A stretch of 64,000 bases of DNA from Paraspadella gotoi (lineage: Eukaryota; Animalia; Chaetognatha): NCBI GenBank assembly GCA_051294375.1, contig CM119270.1:16985904-17049903 (forward strand), written 5' to 3'. The translations under genes and the position numbers were made by a program. This document shows, piece after piece, positions 57,901 through 64,000 of the stretch (positions are counted from its first letter, which is position 1; the number at the start of each line of letters is the position of its first letter). The notes under the pieces are model-generated. The model was not told the DNA's origin. It did not search any database and saw only the letters and a list, made by a program, of their open reading frames with translations.

Positions 57901-59806
57901 TGTTGCTTCCCTGGGTGCTTTAGTATATTTATATATAATTTACGTATGACAATAATATAAAAATATAGTAAAATTGCAACCGAACTTCCCAATGCCCGCT
58001 TCTCTCATAGGTTCCGACAGACAAGCACTCACTCGGCCCCGACGCAACTTCCGGCGGGCGACTCGTCGGCGGCAACCCAACGCCGCCGATGACGCCGCCA
58101 ATTTCCGCCGGGCAGCAGCTTCCTGCCGCCTCGACCGCTCATCACGCGGACCTGAGAAGCATGATGGGTCAACACCATCCTCTCGCCAAAGCCGGAACTT
58201 CGGGTATAATTTGTCAACTAAATCCGAAACTAATAAAAAATATATATTTATATAATATATATATATATATTTTCATTGTTAATATATTTTTCCTTTTAAT
58301 GAACATTTAGGCCGCTCCACCCCTCTCACCTCCGGTCCTCCAGCGTCTCCAGCGATGATTCGTTCTCTGGCGACGGTGCCCAAGTCGGCGCCGGAAATTC
58401 CTCATCCAGTTGCGCCGGTTCCACCGGCCTCGTCCTCTGCTATTTTGCGAGGGAGTGGCGGCGGCGGCGTTTCCGCTTCGCCATCACCCGCCGCTCTACC
58501 CCCTTTGCCGGCGAGCTCAACGCCCGGCCTGACGACGGGGGGTAAGTTGCCCGCCGTCGCCACGGCCGCCGCTCTCGCTGCCCTTTCCGCCGTCCCGGAC
58601 AAGCGCCCGCCCTCGGCGTCAACGGCCTCCTCGACCTCTGCCTCCGTAGCCACCACAGCGGCGGCAATGCAGGCGTTCGCCACCGCCGCCGCCATTACCG
58701 CCGAGCTATACGGACCCGCCGCGGCCGCGGCCGCCGCTGGATTTGGACTATCGCGCGGGGCGCCCTTTCCTCCGGGCGCTCCACCTCCGCCCCCTCAGGC
58801 CTTCACGCCGCCGCTTTCGGCGAGCGGCGCCGCCCTGGCCGCCGCCGTTCACCAGACCGGCCTTCATCCGGCGCTGCTCCACGCCGAGGGACGAACTCTT
58901 CCGCCGCCTCCGCCGGATTACGCCCGCCCGCCTTCGAGGCCATCCTCGTCGACCCCAATTGCCGCCCTCTCTCCTCACATCGCTACAGAGATAACGCACT
59001 TGAAGGGACTGGCCGCGACCGGCGGCGGCCCTGGATCTGGCGGCACCGCCGAACTCACTGGGCCTTCCAGCGATCCCGCCGCGCTGGGGACACTCTTCCT
59101 GCAATATCCTGTCTCGTGGCACGGTGTCCTCGCGCTCAAGAACGATCTCGCCCACGTTAAGATGCACTTCGTGTCCGGAAATCAAGATCTCGCCCGACTC
59201 GCCCTTCCGTCGGCGGACGCGGGCGCTCCCATCACGCCCGGTGGAGCCCCACTGTCCAACCCGCCGTCGCAGCCTACTCTGCGCGTCAACCAGCGAATGC
59301 GCCTGGAAACTCAACAGTTGGAGGGAGTCATCAGGCGCATGCAGATGCCGAAGGAGCACTGCCTGCTGATGGCCATTCCACACGTAAATAAGCAGAGAGA
59401 GTCGGATTGACAGTGATAGTCCCAGGATGAGAAACAAATTCTTGAGAAATTAAATACGTAAAAATGACGAAAGAAAAAAAAAGAAGATAAAACTACATAC
59501 ATTATTATTTTCCCTATATTTCTAATAATATTTAAATTGACCTTGCAGGGCTGTTCTCGGGAGGAGATCACCAAGCGGACGGAGGACTTGAACACGGGTT
59601 TCATCCAATACCTCACGCAGAAGCAGGCTGCAGGCATCGTCAACGTTAACCATCCCGGAACGACGGCTCCGGGTTTCGTCGTTCACATCTTCCCGCCTTG
59701 CGAATTCACTCATCGGAAGCTCGAGCAGATCGCGCCCGAGCTGAGTCGAAGTTTCGTTTTGGAAAGATTCTCCCACCTCATGGTCGTCATCACCACCTGC
59801 GCTTAG
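28399..59806 (+). CDS. spen: Split ends / SPEN (SHARP, Msx2-interacting protein) ortholog, 17 coding exons, ~5,800 aa
   Basis: Exons 28399-28880, 32038-32263, 32721-33084, 33224-33424, 33981-34075, 35529-35708, 35839-36066, 36271-36431, 36880-37014, 38119-38521 (apparent frameshift), 42289-45634, 45995-46171, 46655-49807, 50967-57671, 58011-58203, 58311-59383, 59549-59806. Three RRMs (GICIKNLPVRSSDSSLKDGLFHEYKKHG; DEYHPKATRTLFVGNLEK; LGFGKSMLTNCVWLDGI...LQVDFASRDCQ), conserved SIFDEDSRRL and SMYDRVKAR islands, and a terminal SPOC domain. First exon and start codon are less certain. Confidence 0.95.
29429..30034. mobile_element. hAT-type MITE (606 bp) in spen intron 1
   Basis: TIRs TAAGGCGTAGT and ACTACGCCTTA. 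Exact 8-bp TSD CTGAGGAC at 29421-29428 and 30035-30042. The two halves are imperfect inverted repeats (attaagtgggttaaaaatt vs atttttacccacttaat). Confidence 0.92.
33041..36330 (+). CDS. spen: spen RRM-encoding exons (three RRMs)
   Basis: RNP motifs RYAVVTF, AYSFIQY and ALALVYF lie in successive exons, in the order recalled for SPEN RRM2-4. Confidence 0.93.
34604..35444 (+). mobile_element. DINE-1/HINE-like non-autonomous Helentron, copy 1
   Basis: Sub-terminal inverted repeats cggatttgc (34612) and gcagatccg (35414), a nearby inverted partial copy gcagattccg (34626), a gtcc microsatellite, a 3' stem-loop gtttg-ct-caaac and T-rich ends. Homologous to 38722-39390. Confidence 0.75.
38722..39390 (+). 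mobile_element. DINE-1/HINE-like element, copy 2
   Basis: Colinear similarity to 34604-35444, from gcagattccgg to gtttgctcaaacttgtt, with a (gtct/gtcc)n microsatellite at ~38843-38870. Confidence 0.75.
42289..45634 (+). CDS. spen: spen large exon 11 (Ser/Pro/His-rich, contains SLEERI and SIFDEDSRRL motifs)
   Basis: Open 3.3-kb frame bounded by cgcag| and cag|gtatt, in phase with its neighbours. Confidence 0.92.
46216..46555 (+). mobile_element. Truncated (left-half) copy of the 29429-30034 MITE
   Basis: Starts with the same TIR TAAGGCGTAGTGAAAG and is near-identical for about 340 bp, then breaks off near the palindrome centre. Confidence 0.9.
46655..49807 (+). CDS. spen: spen large exon 13 (Lys/Glu/Asp/Arg-rich, poly-His tracts)
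   Basis: Open 3.15-kb frame, ttcag| to aag|gtgag, phase 0 at both ends. Confidence 0.92.
49879..50736. mobile_element. Tc1/mariner-type MITE (858 bp) in a spen intron
   Basis: 23-bp TIRs CAGTGCGTCCCAATGGTACTGTC and GACCGTACCATTGGGACACACTG (2 mismatches), flanked by TA on both sides. AT-rich non-coding interior. Confidence 0.9.
50967..57671 (+). CDS. spen: spen giant exon 14 (6,705 bp)
   Basis: Uninterrupted frame containing the 2191-aa ORF, bounded by ttcag| and cag|gtatg. Confidence 0.92.
59092..59806 (+). CDS. spen: spen SPOC domain (split by intron 59384-59548)
   Basis: QYPVSWHGVLALKNDLAHVKMHFVSGN...LRVNQRMRLETQQLEGV...HCLLMAIPH|GCSREEI...FIQYLTQKQAAGIVNV...VHIFPPCEF...HLMVVITT matches the SHARP SPOC domain as recalled. 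Confidence 0.97.
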
Positions 59807-61150
59807 TCGGGATCGGGGAAATAAAACTCACCCGCGAACCCGAGAGCGCGCGACTTTTGGGATCCGTTCGGAATTTAAACAACTCTTTCCTCGCGCTGAC
59901 GTCTTCGTCTTCTAATCGCTAATCCACACGCGCTCGTGACAACAAAAAACATTTGGATTTACGAAATAAAGCGCGAGAATTGGATTGCAAGATTTAAAAA
60001 AAAAATGATTTCGTGGCGTTCACCGCGGGTGAAATTTTTTTTTTTTCGCCTCTTTTTTCTAACTGAACGCGCGCGATACCCATGCGAAATTTTCTAGACG
60101 ACAGAACGCGAGGAGAAAGTTATAAAACAGAGACGTGAAAAAATTTTTGTTTTGCCATGATTTATTTTTCTCGGATTAAGAAAAAAAAAACCCAAGTTTC
60201 CTTCTTTCTCGAGGTCGACCGCGATATAAATGTTTTCTTTTGCGATGTTTGTTTACAAGTTTGAAAGACCCAATCGTTTACGAGCTTAGAAAAAAAAATG
60301 GAATTCGAATAAAATCTTTTGAAAAACGTAGTGTCCTTGGAATTTAAAAAAGAAAGAACCTTCTTTGTGAAAAGTCGCCCGCCTTTTTTTTAGAACCCTT
60401 CGCCAAATCGTTCATTCACTATCATCTCTCTCTCCCTCTCGCCCTCCATCGTTCGTTACATCCAACTTATTTTCTCTCCATCATCGTCATTTTTAAGTTT
60501 TTAAAGCAAAAACGCGAATATATCCACGCGGACTGTACAAATAAAATGTGTATAAAAATTTAAATGTAAATAATAACCCTGTGTTTTCAAAACCCTAATG
60601 CCCCGCCAACCCTTTCCCCCCGCCCCGCACCAACCTCCCCCCCCTTTCCCTGTTTAATGCTGAAATTTTAAGCGACACCAGTTTTTATACGTATTACGTA
60701 AGAATCCAGATTCGCATCATAGATCTCTCCATCTGCTTTTCCCCTCTACTTTTGTTCCCCTTTTGCCCTTGGACCGAATTCGATTTGAGTAAACTAAATG
60801 TTGCTTTTTTTTTCGCGCGGTTTTCGCCTGCGAAAGTTTTTTTACGCGCGCCAGTTAAACGATTAAGTTCTCTCTCTTTACACATAAATAAGCTTGTTTT
60901 CATTTATGTATATTTAATTATTTTAATTAGAAACGAATGAAGTGTCGATAAACGATATGTGAATCGCCCCCTCATATGATTGTTTTTTTTTTACTATTAT
61001 TATCATCTTAAACCTGTTTTTTTGTTTTTTTACGAATCGCACCTCCAAAGACACTTCTTTTAACCTTCATTTGCATGGTTTTCGATTGCGAGAAAGAATC
61101 TAAAATTATTTTCACGGAGAGGTAACATTACGTATTCTATATTAAAAGAT

Positions 61151-61200
61151 AAAGGCTATTAAAAGCTATTAAAGGCCATTAAAAGCTATTAAAGGCTATT
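61151..61200. repeat. 10-bp tandem repeat (aaaRgcYatt)x5
   Basis: aaaggctatt aaaagctatt aaaggccatt aaaagctatt aaaggctatt. Confidence 0.85.
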
Positions 61201-63221
61201 CAAAGAATAAGTCTGAAAAGCAACAAAAAAAAAAGTTTTGAAGTTGTGAGGTAAAAATACTAAAAATACCCTCCTTGATCCCTTCCTCCCCTCACCCAAT
61301 TCACCAAGTTTCGTGTACAGATAAAGATCGTGTATAATATCTGTCCTTTGTACATACCCTTTATCAAGTTTGTTATAGATCCTTATTCTTCCATGGGACA
61401 TTTCCCGCTTTCTTTTCCCCCCTTTTGGCTTGGCTTTTTCTTACCTTTCCCCTCTCAGACTTCCTATCTTTTCCACATTCCCTCTTCCATTCTCTCTTCT
61501 TTTCTCACTGATGCTTTCGAGTTTTATAAAATAAGTCATTTTTAAAATTTGCTACAAAGTCTTATTCTCAAATGCCTTTCTCTATACTTTTTACTCTCTA
61601 CCTTCTTTTTATCCCTTCCTTCCTCCTTCCCTTTCAAAATGTTATCTCCTTTCTCCTCTCTCGTCACCCTTCAAAAAGTTTCGATTATTGTCTGCAAATT
61701 CTCTCTCTCATATGTAAGTCCTGTAACTTAGCTACCATCAAGTAATCTTCGTACGAAATGGTTATAACTGTAGTGTATTGCTTTTGGTTACTACTGTTCT
61801 AATTTACCGGAGTTTTTTCAAGTCTTGTGTGGTTTTAATGATTTCCATAATGATTTCTATCATAGTGAAACTCATGTTCGTCTCCATGGAATTTAAAAAA
61901 AAAAGTGATAGACTCTCTCGAGGATCGAAACTATTATTATTACTATTAACTTCTATATGTTATATTTCTTCATGAACGAATATTATCATTAATGTAAGCG
62001 GTCTCCGTTATTTGTCATTAAATACAATTACTTGCATTGATATTAAAGTTGATTGTCGATTGCCCTGAGTTTTGTGGCACTATCAGGATCGCTACTTCAG
62101 ATTTGAATAGTATTTATATTTTATAGCGTAGTCTATCAATGATTTCTTCATTACGAAAGCGAACTGATTTATTTGCAACTTGCTAAAAATCTGAACGATC
62201 AGCTACAAACACTACAGTCATACATGGTAATGTAAAAGAAACTTAAAGATAATAAGAGAAAAATATTTTAGAGGCAGTGGATAGTTCCAAAAGTTCCAAA
62301 GCTCGTCAAGACGGTTGCTACTTAAGGTAAATAAATACAATTTTATTATATATATAACTATTTCTTTCAATGACTCTAAATTTACAGTTGATAGATAGAA
62401 TGCGTCGAAAAGACATAAATAAAAAACCTTTTGTTTGCGATTTTGATTTGAGTGATGCAGGGAATTAGGAGCGACCCCAAGAGTTTAAAATGTGATTGTA
62501 GACAATGTCGAGGTAAAGTTAACAAATATGAGTTTTTTTTTGGTATTCGTGAAGGTTTCGATCTTTTTGGCGCACTTTTTAACATAGCGTTTATTAAAAA
62601 GTTTGGGGCTTAGTTACGATGCAAATTTTTTTTACTTACCCATTTTTTAAAAGTAAAATTTAGCCCCGCCTTCTCTCAACGAAAATGTTCAGTTTAGCAA
62701 GACAGTTTTATTAGCTTTGTTTTATTAGAAACAATTCAAAATGATCAGTAGGCAACAAAATAACAGTTCAATGTAGTTGGAATAGTTAAGCAAAGACCCG
62801 ATTTGTTGAATAGTCGTTCTTTAAATTTGTAATAAAAAATTAATTATTCTATATTAGCGATTATTTACCGAACGGTTTTATTTAAATCTGTAATAAAAAA
62901 AAGTAATTCTAATGATAATTTACCTAATCGGGTAATAACATAAAAATAATCCAGAAATGTAAAAATAATACAAAAATCTTATTTGCATATTGCAGTTTTA
63001 TAGTATTTAAATTTGCTAGCTTATTCGGTCTAGTAGAAAGTACTAGGTTAATAATAAACTATATCAATTTACGTACGTATATTTTTTTGCATGTAAACAA
63101 ATTCTTTAAATTAAGCCCCTATCACTTTAGTTTAGGTTTGACCTGAAACTGAATCGACCGACAAAGATTAGAGACATGGATTACAGGGAACAGCAGAGGC
63201 CCTTGGCCCAAATAATGAGAT

Positions 63222-63838
63222 TTACAGTGATTCGAGGCAATACACGGTCCTCTTTGTCAACCATTTCCCGCTCGGTCGAAAACTTTGAGTTTTAGCGTCG
63301 AACTTTTGTTCAATCTTTCGGCCTCGATCTTCTTTGTACAGTCGACAGTTGGCGCTCAGTCCTAGAATGCAAACAAAAGGTTCACTTGGCCGTTAGTTTT
63401 TGAACGTCTTCATTTTTCTAAACAATGAAAAATTCAAAATTTTACTTTTATCGCGACTTTTTGAGATTTTCTCATGCTTGTGCACATTTTAATGGTAAAT
63501 TGCTGCTTGCCATAAACAGGTACAACTTTAAATTGCGACCATGATATAATGAGAATTCTAAGTTTTAAAATATACATGTCATATGAATTTTTTAAAAAAA
63601 AATCGAAATCGATTCTGTTTTGTTGCGCCAATAACGATCGCTTGCAAGACACAAGCACTTGCTTTCCCATTTACTCTTCCTTTATTAATAATAAATTGAA
63701 TCCCCCGCTCGCCTGGAAAATATCGCCTGAGTGCGGAAAGCGGAACTCGTCCCTGCGTTGGTCCCTTCTTCTCGTCGATGGGAACCCACTCCGAGTCCCC
63801 GCTCTCTCCGTTGTCCTCGTTCACCCACCGAACCTGAA
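63222..63838 (-). CDS. 3' end (last two exons) of a gene ending in a TDP-43 N-terminal-domain-like fold; 5' part lies outside the window
   Basis: Exons ~63838(or 63833)-63713 and 63361-63222, joined via a GC-AG intron, give QVRWVNEDNGESGDSEWVPIDEKKGPTQGRVPLSALRRYFPGLSANCRLYKEDRGRKIEQKFDAKTQSFRPSGKWLTKRTVYCLESL*. Both exons are GC-richer than their flanks. Confidence 0.7.
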
Positions 63839-64000
63839 CTGTACAGAGCGACAGAGATGTGATTGTGGTTTAGGATAATATAAGTTATAATATATTGTAA
63901 CCTTAGTTATATTATATTATAACCTTAGTCCCCCCAAAAAAAATTACCCATTCCACCCCTTTCTGTTCAGCCTTTTAGATATTATGAGGTTCTCATTAAT

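Noticed and set aside
42158-59437. Many long antisense and alternate-frame ORFs over spen exons (e.g. 44504-45526, 46867-47526, 58748-59437)
   Set aside because: Shadows of GC-rich low-complexity coding sequence, with no domain motifs or independent splice structure.

Overview
AT-rich genomic DNA from an intron-containing eukaryote, most likely an invertebrate animal (species not identifiable from the sequence). The first 16 kb hold a compact cluster of five genes: an hnRNP A1/A2-type 2xRRM protein with an unusual (NNMGP)n Met/Asn-rich tail (-), a SPAG8-like gene (-) head-to-head with a ZC2HC1C-like C2HC zinc-finger gene (+), a 70-aa single-pass membrane ORF (-), and a tyrosylprotein sulfotransferase (+). 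About 12 kb of non-coding, GA-repeat-rich sequence follows, then a very large 17-exon split ends/SPEN (SHARP) gene (+, 28399-59806, about 5,800 aa, three RRMs and a C-terminal SPOC domain). The window ends with the last two exons of a minus-strand gene whose C-terminus resembles a TDP-43 N-terminal domain with no RRMs after it. Introns and intergenic DNA carry many non-autonomous transposons: hAT-type MITEs with 8-bp TSDs, a two-copy family with 7-bp TSDs, a Tc1/mariner MITE and DINE-1/HINE-like elements. The most notable signals are non-GT splice donors (two GC and one possible GG among about 33 introns), the C-terminal TDP-43-NTD-like domain, a stop-containing micro-exon that would remove the hnRNP low-complexity tail, and a sharp CpG/codon switch inside the 6.7-kb spen exon. 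All gene models were built by hand and family calls rest on remembered motifs, not database searches.
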